A stretch of DNA of 55,149 nt from a virus: the IMG/VR virus record IMGVR_UViG_3300022839_000018. The stretch is one strand, 5' to 3'. How positions within the stretch are numbered: position 1 is the first letter of the stretch; every line of letters begins with the position of its first letter. Positions 10,101 through 19,146 of the stretch are shown here, in pieces. Position numbers and translations under genes: made by a program. The notes beneath the pieces are model-generated. The model was not told the DNA's origin and did no database searches. It saw only the letters and a list, made by a program, of their open reading frames with translations.

Positions 10101-10564
10101 ATTCAGAAGCTGGTGAGTACCTAACTAACTTAGGTTTCAAAGACTATAAGCTCGGTAGTACATCTAAGGTGCCAAGCATCAAACGTTTTGAGAATAAGAT
10201 GCTAGGTGATTTGGTTCCTACTGTAGTAGAGGCCATGAAAGGCTTAGAGGATTATTGGCGGCGTGACTACGCTAAGCAACCCGACTCGTTTAAGGCAAAA
10301 GTAAAAGAAGAAAAGTACGTTAATACTAATATAAAACCAGAGATACAAAAACAGTTTAGTGCTATCAAGTCTGCCATACGTGAGGGTAGCATCTCACAAG
10401 GGGACGCATACACACGGGCGATAGTACAGTACAGAAACGTAAGCCCTGAGTTACGAAAGATTGCAACCCTAGAGTTTTACAAAATGTATCCCGATAGAGA
10501 AATAAATGTTTTAAACACTGAGCATATAAACACACTCATAGCTATAGCAGAGGCTAGGAAATAA
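7172..10564 (+). CDS. Large virion protein (1130 aa), possibly an internal/ejection protein
   Basis: Track ORF with a TAATG start/stop overlap with the upstream gene. It is the last gene before the terminator. I recognised no catalytic motif. Confidence 0.7.
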   Translation: MAEALSLDDYTKFRDSNYAKSRDKEDDEEDTVVTPSLPTKPSRQRDVGAVSLSVYTAQRDGTKASDVLVVEDAEEPDWLTPVAYDSSEVEEQPDYEYVEDRRYEKVAEEVKDFEDYVSGLKEEERIAFDADMRKDMLAGADMRKAGLGEYLISQLPTGALIWLGNSMQKVGAMSTDVLESTFSGLNEAYPEAFEVLDSAITGNRYGNTESPKKLADFVAEGLGSAFEFTETIPALGSVQRVINSAVNAGVRNPTKVLAGMDADLERANRYNVGGARIATSRAREESRKAADTVVQQNRDIADELILAFEDKTGKTISKKDGDNLTLDLDAAREAGRETAIEVTERDGALFDLAIGPDNITSPILNPDKFNGIVAIAVELKKKNPEAFNNKKTIIDNLFELTVNKDLDGQGLVDGLNKYGLSFEDYVLTVVGSGSDAGKVLNKLSQIARTKPTSVADDAAQKLLLDQQGTIRKGVMRIENIRRGLLVSQVATAARNLTSGGIRAPLEGLANVMDSALYEFSQPIGKGTGGFLGAGKKLASPENWKDSFRHMKYMFDRPDVAKAYTDLVLEQPQLESQFNRMFNNLNEIQALTGRGEGGAADKVLSGLEDVTDFLNVPNRWQEYLIRRGTFFGELERLTRREYKIDLIDALQDGKLKDLLNDASSVKPEGARSFINIVDDSVTKALDITYAKQPDIPVFRSTSQFITRNGLTVIMPFPRFMFNSMELMGQYAAGASIPLTRKVTELVTLGKVGSGPLTAKDRQRISRNLTGMAAVGAAYMYRTSDDAPAEFNQVSVSEESQADTMPLYPVPQYMYLGEATKRMQDGTFNDWFDAKEFVETFAGTNLRTGTSNALLEEVSAFADATDLTKGESMGRLAGRTLGNYLGTWAVPLAQIIEAQRVAGVRGLTYADAAKDPTLDFMGTFKRELIRPIAQRGILTTPEEEAALPERQFLFAEGGTKQRGSPIAKFGLGLNLSDKDSEAGEYLTNLGFKDYKLGSTSKVPSIKRFENKMLGDLVPTVVEAMKGLEDYWRRDYAKQPDSFKAKVKEEKYVNTNIKPEIQKQFSAIKSAIREGSISQGDAYTRAIVQYRNVSPELRKIATLEFYKMYPDREINVLNTEHINTLIAIAEARK

Positions 10565-10568
10565 TAAA

Positions 10569-10598
10569 AGGGGGCATCAACAGCCCCCTCTTTTTTTG
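10569..10598. terminator. Bidirectional rho-independent terminator between the convergent arms
   Basis: Stem AGGGGGC (10569-10575) pairs with GCCCCCT (10583-10589) around a 7-nt loop. An A-tract lies upstream and a T-tract downstream. Confidence 0.8.
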
Positions 10599-10619
10599 TC
10601 TATAGTTAACTTCGTTACA

Positions 10620-10949
10620 TTATCGTGTGTCTCCGCTACCGCCTAACGTCCCTGCCTTTTGCCTGTCAGATAACTTCTTCTCATTCTGAGCAGCTATCAT
10701 ACCTAGTGTAAGGTTGAGGTCAGTAGCAAGTGAAGCGCAGTACCATAGTACATCACCGATCTCACTGGCTATTTGTTCTCGCCAATCATCTGGCCTGTTA
10801 TCTGGCCCGTCACGAATCAACTTCTTAACTTTGTTAGCTACCTCTCCTGCCTCACCTGATAACCCTAGTGCGGGATAAAGGATACGATGTTCTTCTGGGT
10901 ATATTGCAGTCGTTGCGGCAATGCGTTGGTAGGCGTTGAAATCTGACAT
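10620..10949 (-). CDS. mazG: MazG-like nucleoside triphosphate pyrophosphohydrolase (109 aa from ATG 10949)
   Basis: Motifs GLSGEAGEVANKVKK and EIGDVLWYCASLA. AAGGAG lies 8-9 nt before the ATG at 10949. The longer track ORF (to 11132) overlaps the upstream gene. Confidence 0.8.
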   Translation of the reverse strand: MSDFNAYQRIAATTAIYPEEHRILYPALGLSGEAGEVANKVKKLIRDGPDNRPDDWREQIASEIGDVLWYCASLATDLNLTLGMIAAQNEKKLSDRQKAGTLGGSGDTR

Positions 10950-10950
10950 G

Positions 10951-11199
10951 CTATACTTCTCCTTTAGGAATTGCTCTGCTTCTTGCTGTAGTGGATTCAT
11001 ACTCTCGTACTCTTTTTCGTTGATCAAAGAAGGCTTTGTTAGAACCTCTCTCCCATTCCCGGTACTGCATTGTGTCCTTGTTGAAAGGATTAAATTGCTT
11101 ACCCCGTCGAAACGCTGAGTAACCTTGGTCAAATTGAAACCTTAATGGTGCATCATACTTGCCAAGGCCACGATTTTTTCTATTAGAATTTTTTATCAT
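10951..11199 (-). CDS. Conserved small phage protein (82 aa)
   Basis: Track ORF with AAGGAG before the ATG at 11199. It contains the ...NPFNKDTMQYREWERGSNKAFF motif. Confidence 0.6.
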   Translation of the reverse strand: MIKNSNRKNRGLGKYDAPLRFQFDQGYSAFRRGKQFNPFNKDTMQYREWERGSNKAFFDQRKRVREYESTTARSRAIPKGEV

Positions 11200-11209
11200 A
11201 AGAAACTCC

Positions 11210-11647
11210 TTATGCTACGTTGATTAAAGTTGCTTCGGTATAGGGTACATGATAGAACTGTTCTCCTGTGTAGATGTTAGGTCCATACGCCTCACGTAGT
11301 TTATCCTCAGTCAGAATAGAACTGTCTATACGCCAGCACTTATCCATACCTTTGCTGAAGATATAGAATTGTAGATTACCATGCTTAGATAGCAGTTTCT
11401 TTTTACGTTCAAGTATGCGTATCTCTGACCAACTAGTGGGCCAGTCACCCGTCCACGCTGTTTTTACTTCCGCTTCACTGTAGTATGTTACTCCATCTTT
11501 CTGTGTTACAACGTCTGCGTCATACGACTCTGTGCTATCCACAAGTTCATGCCCCTCACCTGTTAGGTGAGAGATCAATGTTTGCTTAGCTACTTCGTCA
11601 TACTTAGCGTAAAGATTACGTGAAAAAGGTTTTCTGTATGCGGTCAT
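11210..11647 (-). CDS. PD-(D/E)xK nuclease-fold protein (145 aa)
   Basis: YDADVV ... SEAEVK arrangement (D ... E-x-K) in a beta-rich context. Confidence 0.45.
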   Translation of the reverse strand: MTAYRKPFSRNLYAKYDEVAKQTLISHLTGEGHELVDSTESYDADVVTQKDGVTYYSEAEVKTAWTGDWPTSWSEIRILERKKKLLSKHGNLQFYIFSKGMDKCWRIDSSILTEDKLREAYGPNIYTGEQFYHVPYTEATLINVA

Positions 11648-11650
11648 GGA

Positions 11651-11851
11651 TTACTCCGATTCTGATGTGGTTTCTAGGGTTTTGCGTAGGCGTTCAACTA
11701 ACTGCTCATTGAATGAGTGTAAGCTATTCAATTGAAAGGCCATCTGGTTCTTTACGTTAGTGCCGTAAGTAAGCTCCTGCACTAACTTGTTTTGTTCCTC
11801 TGTAAAGTCATCTGTTTCGTACTCTGTATCATCTAGGGTTAGTGTAACCAT
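11651..11851 (-). CDS. Hypothetical protein (66 aa)
   Basis: Track ORF, tightly packed in the operon. Confidence 0.6.
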   Translation of the reverse strand: MVTLTLDDTEYETDDFTEEQNKLVQELTYGTNVKNQMAFQLNSLHSFNEQLVERLRKTLETTSESE

Positions 11852-11863
11852 GTCAATTCTCCT

Positions 11864-13771
11864 TTAGGTTAAGTCTACGATCTCACAAGCGTCACCGCTA
11901 CATGCTAACGTCTGCATAGCGTTGGTGTTGTCCTCTATCTCATAGTCAGATAGCTTACCCCAATCAATCTTACTTGGCATACAGGACAGTAACATATTAT
12001 AGTCCGACTTACCACACTCTTGATATGGTGCCTGCTGATATGTATGATCAGAGTGTGGCAAGAAAGACACACCTGACATCTCGTCAAAGTGTTCGTATAC
12101 AAATGCACCAACTGCCATCCACTCACTGTCTAGCACAGTACATGTAATACTAGGTTTATGCTCACACCAGTGACGTTGATACGCAAGCCATGTCTCTAGC
12201 TGCTCAATTGCGGATAGGTCATTGCGGGTGACTGACTTGTTAGGTGACTTAACAGGGAAGCTAAACACTGTAGTAGTGTCGCCCTTCATCACACATGGTG
12301 AGTTAGGTACACCTTGATCCTTCATAAACTGTGTCAGGCTATCCTTGTTGTCACCCCTTACGGTACGTATGTAATAGTCACTGTGTCTAGCGTGTATCCC
12401 AGAGGCACTGTCTACCAGTTGTGATACGGTGCCGGAGGGTTTGACACATGTAATAGCAGTACTATGAGGAATGCCAAGCTTATCAGCCCAGATAGCGTTA
12501 GTAGCTACCGCAATGTGACGAAGATGTTCCAGCGTATTTTCTAGTCCCTTGTTCTTAGATGTAGTCAATGGATTGTCCATGATGCCTGTCAGTGACACAC
12601 CCAACAAGCGTTCTTCCTCTGTGTTTTTTGTCCATATCTTTCGTAGGTAGGGGAAACGTGTCATAGTAGATTGTATTGTACCTAAGATCGTAGCCAGCTT
12701 AACTTTCTCTGCTAGAGTTTCCAATGTATCGGTGGATCGTACAACACACTCGGTTAAGTTACAGAACTGATATGGGCGTAAAATTATTTCGCTGCAAGGA
12801 TTTGTCCCGAACTCAAAGTTAGGATCACGTCTGCCATATTTAGCTGCCTGCTTCTTGGATGCCTCACGGTTGAAGATGCCACGCTCACCTGACTTAGACT
12901 CAACCAATGACAACCACTCACGCATGAATGTTTCCATGTCTGGCTTCTCAGTGTACGACACAGAGTTATTTGATAGCGCCCTGTGTGGTGCATTGTCCCA
13001 CCACTGACCTGACTTAGCGTGACGCATACGATCATCACTAAGATTACTCAATGAAATCATAGCACTACGGCGTACACCACCTACTACAACCACCTGACCA
13101 ATGAAGCACATAAGATCGTGACACTCAAGTGACGATAGCTTACGTCCTTGTGCTGCCTTGAATGTAGATACAGCAAAGTTAAACAACTCAATCAATGGTG
13201 CAGGGCCTGACGCTCTACCGCCAAACGTTTTAAGTCGTGCACCTGCAGGACGAATCTGAGATACATCCCACTTAGGAATTTCACCAGCCCATAGGAGTGC
13301 AAGAACTTGACGGAACCCTTTAGCCCACCCTTCCTTACTGTCCTTAACGACAATGACAGACTCACTCTCGAAGAGTTGAGGCACATCTGGGAGCTTACTG
13401 ATGAACTGGCGCTCAACACTGAAGCCAACACCAGTACCACAGAGGAGAATGTACATAGCCTCATCGAAGGACTTAGGGTCATCTACGGGTAGGTAGCTAC
13501 AGTTGTAGCCTGCTGTGTTGTCACGGTCTAGTGCTGGTCCCGCTGTCATCATCGCTCTCATAGATGGCATAAGGTTTAAACTGAGGATAGCGTCCTCAAT
13601 ATCTTTTGCAATGCCAATTGTGTCAATGTCCAGTGCTCTACGTACTACGTCATTCATGTAACGTCCTACTGTCTCAGGCCAGGACTCTCTGCGCCCTTCA
13701 CTCTCAAGCCACCTAGCGTAGCGAGAGGTATGAATGAACGCTTGATAATCCGTTGGTAAATAATTGTTCAT
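11864..13771 (-). CDS. nrdJ: Ribonucleotide reductase, single-chain class II-like
   Basis: 635 aa with the active-site region NPCSEIILRPYQFCNLTE. No separate small-subunit gene is present in the genome. Confidence 0.8.
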   Translation of the reverse strand: MNNYLPTDYQAFIHTSRYARWLESEGRRESWPETVGRYMNDVVRRALDIDTIGIAKDIEDAILSLNLMPSMRAMMTAGPALDRDNTAGYNCSYLPVDDPKSFDEAMYILLCGTGVGFSVERQFISKLPDVPQLFESESVIVVKDSKEGWAKGFRQVLALLWAGEIPKWDVSQIRPAGARLKTFGGRASGPAPLIELFNFAVSTFKAAQGRKLSSLECHDLMCFIGQVVVVGGVRRSAMISLSNLSDDRMRHAKSGQWWDNAPHRALSNNSVSYTEKPDMETFMREWLSLVESKSGERGIFNREASKKQAAKYGRRDPNFEFGTNPCSEIILRPYQFCNLTECVVRSTDTLETLAEKVKLATILGTIQSTMTRFPYLRKIWTKNTEEERLLGVSLTGIMDNPLTTSKNKGLENTLEHLRHIAVATNAIWADKLGIPHSTAITCVKPSGTVSQLVDSASGIHARHSDYYIRTVRGDNKDSLTQFMKDQGVPNSPCVMKGDTTTVFSFPVKSPNKSVTRNDLSAIEQLETWLAYQRHWCEHKPSITCTVLDSEWMAVGAFVYEHFDEMSGVSFLPHSDHTYQQAPYQECGKSDYNMLLSCMPSKIDWGKLSDYEIEDNTNAMQTLACSGDACEIVDLT

Positions 13772-13778
13772 GTATATA

Positions 13779-13937
13779 CTACTCCGTTAATATCTTGATT
13801 GATTTAATTGACATACCGTCAATGTCATATATGTATTCTTGTAAGGCGTCTCGTACTTCATCGTCAAGCAATCCATCTACAGGCACTTGATACTCTGCCT
13901 CATCTATGTCAAGGGTTAGAAATACTTTAACTATCAT
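13779..13937 (-). CDS. Small acidic hypothetical protein (52 aa)
   Basis: Translated by hand as MIVKVFLTLDIDEAEYQVPVDG.... The ATG is embedded in the upstream stop region (ATGATAGTTAA). Confidence 0.45.
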   Translation of the reverse strand: MIVKVFLTLDIDEAEYQVPVDGLLDDEVRDALQEYIYDIDGMSIKSIKILTE

Positions 13938-14151
13938 CTTGTGCCTCAATGAGTCTGTTAAGATACCAATGTGCTTTCTTTAAGTCCTCTACACCATTCT
14001 TATATTTGTATCGCCACAAGTACTTTAAGATGTTACCTTGTAGATAACTCTCGAAACCCTCTGGACCTGTTGCTGCACGAATGGCGTCCACGCATTCAAT
14101 GCCTGCAAAATTGTAGTGTGCAGGTGAATTAACCATGTCTTGTTCATCCAT
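13927..14151 (-). CDS. DUF3310-family protein
   Basis: SPAHYNFAGIECVDAI ... GNILKYLWRYKYKNGVEDLKKAHWYL matches the DUF3310 signature as I remember it. Confidence 0.65.
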   Translation of the reverse strand: MDEQDMVNSPAHYNFAGIECVDAIRAATGPEGFESYLQGNILKYLWRYKYKNGVEDLKKAHWYLNRLIEAQDDS

Positions 14152-14164
14152 GTTCGTGTCCTCC

Positions 14165-14503
14165 CTAGTTAAACTTAACGTTGATTACGTTATCGTCAAT
14201 GGCTACAACTTTTTTTTCTGCCGTTACCTCTACCTCTTTTAGTTCTTCTTGTACCTCTGCAACTATGTCAGCCAGTACTTGGCGCACGTCTTCGTCTTCT
14301 TCCATTGCGGGTATAGCTGCACAAACCATAGCCGTTAAGTGCATGAGTTGGAAGTGGTCATGGTCACTCATATTATTATCATCGGTAGTTACTGTACCTA
14401 CCATCAACTCGCCCGTCCAATCGCCCTTCTTATCTAAGAAAGGGGATAACCTAATGATGTAGTCGTTAGGGTCGAAGTCAATATAAACTTTATCTTCTGC
14501 CAT
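14165..14503 (-). CDS. Acidic hypothetical protein (112 aa)
   Basis: Track ORF. Confidence 0.65.
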   Translation of the reverse strand: MAEDKVYIDFDPNDYIIRLSPFLDKKGDWTGELMVGTVTTDDNNMSDHDHFQLMHLTAMVCAAIPAMEEDEDVRQVLADIVAEVQEELKEVEVTAEKKVVAIDDNVINVKFN

Positions 14504-14510
14504 GTGTAAG

Positions 14511-14963
14511 TTATCTCCTCTTTACTTTTTTATATGGGCAGTGGATCAATGCAGGATGCATGTCCTTGCCCTTCTCATATAACCAATCCTCTGGAATGAT
14601 CCTGTCGTAGTATTGTATACCATGTTTGTCACACCATTGTCCATAGGTACTTTTAGCACCCTTACTTAATTTTTTCTTGCTGCTGGTAAACACAAACCTT
14701 ATGTCAAGCTTAGGATGTTGAACCTTGACAGCTAAGTGTTTGCGTCTATCATCAGAAGAAAACAATCCTTTAGTTTCAATAATGATCCCGTTACCTAACA
14801 CAAAGTCTGGTGTGTAGGTGCGGTACATGAGGTCTTCCCATTCGATCTTAACCTCTTCGTATTTAAACTTTATACTGCGTTCAACGAGGTAATCTTTTGT
14901 TCGTACTTCGAGGCCACTCCTAAACCCATGCTTCATAGCGGCAGCGAATTGCTTCCCCTTCAC
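14511..14963 (-). CDS. T7 endonuclease I-like Holliday junction resolvase
   Basis: FRSGLE ... YTPDFVLGNGIIIETKG ... DDRRKHL ... HPKLDIRFVF aligns closely with T7 gp3 as I remember it. Confidence 0.85.
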   Translation of the reverse strand: MKGKQFAAAMKHGFRSGLEVRTKDYLVERSIKFKYEEVKIEWEDLMYRTYTPDFVLGNGIIIETKGLFSSDDRRKHLAVKVQHPKLDIRFVFTSSKKKLSKGAKSTYGQWCDKHGIQYYDRIIPEDWLYEKGKDMHPALIHCPYKKVKRR

Positions 14964-15799
14964 TTTATGTACGCCACTATTGGCAATGTCTTAGCTTTTG
15001 ATACCTTAGATGGTAGCTCCTCAATGTCGAAGCAAGAGAACCTGAAGTCACAGAACTTACAGTTGTCATTAAGCACTGTGTTACCTGATGGTACACCCCT
15101 GAATGTCTCAGGCACAGGCGCAAAGCAACGCTCAAACGTATTATCGTTCACTGTTTTTACTGTCTTCTCAAGCTTAGCTATCTGTTCGTCCATGTCAAGA
15201 CCATCAGCGGGTACATACTTGATGTTACCGTTAGACTTATTGACTACCCACCAGCCACCTACCTTCTTGCCAGATGCCTTAGCGTAACCTGCCAGTTGTC
15301 CAACGTATCCGAATGGGTCACTCTTCTGTAGTGTGTCGTATGATTCAAACTTATTGCGGTATGACCAATCGGATGCAGACTTAACGTCATCCATTGCGCC
15401 ATCCACAACAATATCATATGACCCCTTGATCATAGCGTCACCTAGTTGTAGTGTTACAAAGTTGTCCTTGTCTTCATAGGGGTAGCCAGCCTCCTTAATG
15501 ATCCCTTTGAATGCAGCTTCTACTATGTCACCTAGAAGCATGTTCATCACAAACGTGGTTGGTTTGGGCAACGCTTCCTCTGGCTTGTTCTTAGCAAACC
15601 AAAGCTGACAAGTAGGCTTACCAATGTTAGACATTCGTAAACGAAACTCGTCACGCCCTTTGCCCCCACCAAACTGGCGTCTTATAGCATCCATTACATC
15701 TGTACCAATCTGTGTTATTGTCTCTTCGGACATAGTTGATTTACCAGATGTAGCATCTTCAAGATACTGATTGATCGCCAGTTCAGCAGGATGGTTCAT
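14960..15799 (-). CDS. Cas4/RecB-like PD-(D/E)xK exonuclease with a probable Fe-S cysteine cluster
   Basis: SYDIVVDGAMDDVKS (D...D-x-K), one N-terminal Cys (KPTCQLW) and a C-terminal C...CxxCxxxxxC (ERC...NCKFCDFRFSC). Confidence 0.6.
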   Translation of the reverse strand: MNHPAELAINQYLEDATSGKSTMSEETITQIGTDVMDAIRRQFGGGKGRDEFRLRMSNIGKPTCQLWFAKNKPEEALPKPTTFVMNMLLGDIVEAAFKGIIKEAGYPYEDKDNFVTLQLGDAMIKGSYDIVVDGAMDDVKSASDWSYRNKFESYDTLQKSDPFGYVGQLAGYAKASGKKVGGWWVVNKSNGNIKYVPADGLDMDEQIAKLEKTVKTVNDNTFERCFAPVPETFRGVPSGNTVLNDNCKFCDFRFSCFDIEELPSKVSKAKTLPIVAYIK

Positions 15800-16692
15800 T
15801 AGACAAAATCCTCTAGGTCAATGTCTACGAACGCTTCTACCGTGTCAGTGTCCACGTCCTCATTCTTATGCATGTTCTCACTCCATGTATTGAGAATGTA
15901 TACATTGTAGTTCTCAATCCATGCCATGAAACTAGCGAATGTTTCTTGTGACGCATTGTCCATGTCTAAGGTAGTACCCAAGTCGATGTCAGCTACAGGA
16001 ATGTAGAAGCTGCTACCGTTTGGTAGTTTTACTTCCTTAGTGGTAGAAGTAATGTAGTGCTGCGGGGGTAGTCGGCGCATCTTGGTAAGCTTAGTAAACA
16101 TCTCACCCATAGTCTTGAATGCGGTACGGTTATCAATCTCCCAGATGAATGGCGTAGTGTCTACGTCAACAGGATTACCATTCTCATCTGTAGCGTTGAC
16201 CATTTCTACTGTGCCGAACAATGCACGAACACGTTTGATAGACTTGATAAGGTCTTTCATTGTGTCCGGCAGTGCAGCCCAATCCTGAATGAACCCCGCA
16301 GGTTTACCGCAGTTAAAGCCACCATCGTTATCCTTCATGTCATTATTAAGATCGTTAGCCATGACACTCTTTACGAAGCGGTTAGCTGTAGTGTCGTTAC
16401 CCTTGATAAACTTCTTGTACATAAATCGTTGCAAGAAGGGGCGGATGGATACGGATTCGGCGTACACAGTAGGCCCATCGGGAATCTCTAATTTGTATAC
16501 ACCCCCACCAATGACCTCTACGTTCTTCATCTTACCATTGATCTCTTGCTGACCCATGATAGGGGTGTGATGAATGCGTAGACGTGCAAGTGTACTTGAC
16601 TTGTTAGTTTGCTTAGGTGCATCCGCCGCCATGCCCATTGCTTGAGCCATTGCTGCGAAGTTGTTAGTGTCGATTGTTGTAACTTGATTCAT
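15799..16692 (-). CDS. Probable ssDNA-binding protein (T7 gp2.5-like)
   Basis: It lies between the polymerase and the exonuclease. The acidic C-terminal tail ends ...DIDLEDFV with an aromatic residue. Confidence 0.45.
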   Translation of the reverse strand: MNQVTTIDTNNFAAMAQAMGMAADAPKQTNKSSTLARLRIHHTPIMGQQEINGKMKNVEVIGGGVYKLEIPDGPTVYAESVSIRPFLQRFMYKKFIKGNDTTANRFVKSVMANDLNNDMKDNDGGFNCGKPAGFIQDWAALPDTMKDLIKSIKRVRALFGTVEMVNATDENGNPVDVDTTPFIWEIDNRTAFKTMGEMFTKLTKMRRLPPQHYITSTTKEVKLPNGSSFYIPVADIDLGTTLDMDNASQETFASFMAWIENYNVYILNTWSENMHKNEDVDTDTVEAFVDIDLEDFV

Positions 16693-16733
16693 ATGTAAGT
16701 CTCCTGTTTTTGAATAGTCGAAAGGTAGTTATA

Positions 16734-18776
16734 TCACGCTACGTCTTTTGTGTCAAGCCAGTTTGGCCCTATCTTCGCCTCTAATAATAGAGGGATGTTA
16801 AAGTCTATGTCCCATTTCTTATTGACAATGGGTATCAGCCTGTCGTTAGCTGCCTTGATTACCTGCAGTACTATGTCCTCCTCGTCTGGGTGTATGTCAA
16901 TTACGATTGAGTCATGCACCGTGTTGACTACACAACTGTGTAGCTTGTTTGCTGTCAGTAGCTTATCAATGTATATCAGAGATATAGGTACGATGTCAGC
17001 TGTTGCGAACGATTGAACAGGATAATTCTTTATCTGTGTGAAAAATGTCACACCTCCGAACCTCCGTCTTTGTACATCAGGGAATGAGAACTCACGTCCT
17101 GATGGTGTAGTGATCTTGCTGGTACTTAACGCTTCCTTTGCTAGTTCTGAATGCCACTTAGCGATACCTGAGTACTTCTTGGTAAACTGTTGATAGTATG
17201 CAGCTTCTGCCTCTGACCTACCAAATCCACTGGCCCCATACAACGGAGCGAATGTGTGTGGCTTGGCTTCTTGACGTGACGTAGGTTGACCTGCATCTGA
17301 TATAACTTTTGCTGTGTAAGCATGTACATCAAAGCCTGTAGTTACCTCGTCAATAGCAGTCATGTCTTGCGATAGGAATGCAGCGACACGAAATTCTAAT
17401 TGAGCAAAGTCAGCCTCCATAATCTGACCGCCATGCCAACGGGATATGAATACCTTCTTGACAGGAAACGTACCACCACGTGGCATGTTCTGCATGTTGG
17501 GATCAGCACCCGACAAGCGGCCTGTACCAGTGCGGTGTTGCAGCAGACGAACGTGTAGCTTACCGTCAGTCTTAACGTGTGTTGCTATGCCCTCTACGAA
17601 GCTACTGAGGTACGTCTCTACGGCTGACAACCTACGTACATTCTGTAGGAATATCTCAGCTACCTTCATACCCTTGGATCGGGCAATGGCTTCAAGGAAT
17701 ACAAGGTTGTCTTTACCTGTACCAAAGCCATTGGCACTGATCCACTTAGAGTTAGGTGGTGTAAACTGTAGACCTGCTATGGTACTAGAGTTAGTATAAT
17801 AGAAACCGCCTCCAATACAAGTAGGACATTTATTAGTTCTAGCAAATGGTGTACCATCTTTCTTTACCTTTCTAACTTGACCACTACCAAAGCAATCCTT
17901 GCATTGATGTGCCTTCTGTTTGTATAGCCTCTCGCTGTATGCTTTAACGTTACGTCTGTATTCTGCATCGGGCATACGTTCATCAAACAAGTCTACCCAC
18001 ATCTTCTTATCGTGTGGCTTACGACTGTATATAATCCATGACAATTGCTCTGGGCTATTGAGGTTGATAGGTCTGTCACCCATAAGGTCACGTGCCTGTT
18101 CTTCTAATGCAATCATAAGTACGTTACGTTCTTGCTCGAACTCGTCACGTACCTCCATCAGTGCGTCCATGTCTACTTGAAAACCACGCTGATAGATACG
18201 TGCTAAGTGTATACATAATTGATTGGTCAACTGTATTGTTGGTATCAGTGACTTGCATTCCGCATAGGATGTCTGCAAAACGTTATACAATTGTTGAGTA
18301 GCGTGTAGGTCATGGGATAGATACTCTGCCAATTCAGCATGAGGAATATCCCGTGTTGAATATCCATCTTTAAAGTACTCCTTTAATGTGTCCTGTTTCT
18401 TTGTGTCTAACTCGTACCGTTCAGCACATGCCTCAAGGGACAGTGGTTGTTTCTGTCCACGTTGTAGTACGTACTCGCCCAGCATAGTGTCGAACACTGC
18501 ACCGTCATAGGTAAAGCCTGACTCCCACAACCATAGTAGGTCATGCGGTGCGTTGTGTGCTACAAGTAGATGGGCAGCGTCCAGTGCGTCTTGTACTATA
18601 TGCCGCCCATCTGTGGTAGGTTGTTGCTCTGCGTGATCAAACGTTACAATTGTTTCATTCATGTGATCATCTAGCATACCTACCATAACTAATGTATTCT
18701 CTGGCTCGAATGGATCAAGGTGTAACTTACCATTTCGCTTGACTGTTGTGTTTTCTACGTCGAGGGTTAGTATCAT
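16734..18776 (-). CDS. Family A DNA polymerase with 3'-5' exonuclease domain
   Basis: Exo motifs LDVEN, HNAPHDL and YLSHDL. Pol motifs DFAQLEFRV, RQEAKPHTFAPLYG and VHDSIV. Confidence 0.9.
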   Translation of the reverse strand: MILTLDVENTTVKRNGKLHLDPFEPENTLVMVGMLDDHMNETIVTFDHAEQQPTTDGRHIVQDALDAAHLLVAHNAPHDLLWLWESGFTYDGAVFDTMLGEYVLQRGQKQPLSLEACAERYELDTKKQDTLKEYFKDGYSTRDIPHAELAEYLSHDLHATQQLYNVLQTSYAECKSLIPTIQLTNQLCIHLARIYQRGFQVDMDALMEVRDEFEQERNVLMIALEEQARDLMGDRPINLNSPEQLSWIIYSRKPHDKKMWVDLFDERMPDAEYRRNVKAYSERLYKQKAHQCKDCFGSGQVRKVKKDGTPFARTNKCPTCIGGGFYYTNSSTIAGLQFTPPNSKWISANGFGTGKDNLVFLEAIARSKGMKVAEIFLQNVRRLSAVETYLSSFVEGIATHVKTDGKLHVRLLQHRTGTGRLSGADPNMQNMPRGGTFPVKKVFISRWHGGQIMEADFAQLEFRVAAFLSQDMTAIDEVTTGFDVHAYTAKVISDAGQPTSRQEAKPHTFAPLYGASGFGRSEAEAAYYQQFTKKYSGIAKWHSELAKEALSTSKITTPSGREFSFPDVQRRRFGGVTFFTQIKNYPVQSFATADIVPISLIYIDKLLTANKLHSCVVNTVHDSIVIDIHPDEEDIVLQVIKAANDRLIPIVNKKWDIDFNIPLLLEAKIGPNWLDTKDVA
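17805..17903 (-). other. DnaJ-type cysteine-rich zinc-finger insertion inside the polymerase (CKDCFGSG ... CPTCIGGG)
   Basis: Two CxxCxGxG motifs at residues 292-324, between the exonuclease and polymerase domains. Confidence 0.8.
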
Positions 18777-18784
18777 TGTGTCTC

Positions 18785-18979
18785 CTATACTGCTATGTCA
18801 TCTTGCCAGTGTGCCCAGTCATCAAATATATCAACATTATAAGCTTCGTCAAGGTCTTTCTGAAACTTTTTATCGTTACCTGCCATAGCTATTGCATCAA
18901 GGGCTTCTTTAAATGACACATCATGTTCTTTCATGGCATCAATTAACATGCCTACACCTCTGTTGTTTTGATCCGTCAT
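18785..18979 (-). CDS. Hypothetical protein (64 aa)
   Basis: Track ORF. Confidence 0.6.
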   Translation of the reverse strand: MTDQNNRGVGMLIDAMKEHDVSFKEALDAIAMAGNDKKFQKDLDEAYNVDIFDDWAHWQDDIAV

Positions 18980-19146
18980 TGATCACTTCCTGACTTGTCC
19001 CACGCAGCGTCTAACCCAGCCTGAACTAAGGATACAAAACCTACATTAAAGATAGCTTTGTATGTTTCTGGGTCACACTCTAGTTTCAGCGTAGCACTAC
19101 CATCTTCATGTTCATCAATTTCTGTTATTTTAATTATATCATTCAT
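18976..19146 (-). CDS. Small protein (56 aa) with an EHEDGSAT motif, paralogous to part of 20004..20303
   Basis: Translated by hand as MNDIIKITEIDEHEDGSATLKLECDPETYK.... ATGA overlap with the downstream gene. Confidence 0.5.
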   Translation of the reverse strand: MNDIIKITEIDEHEDGSATLKLECDPETYKAIFNVGFVSLVQAGLDAAWDKSGSDQ

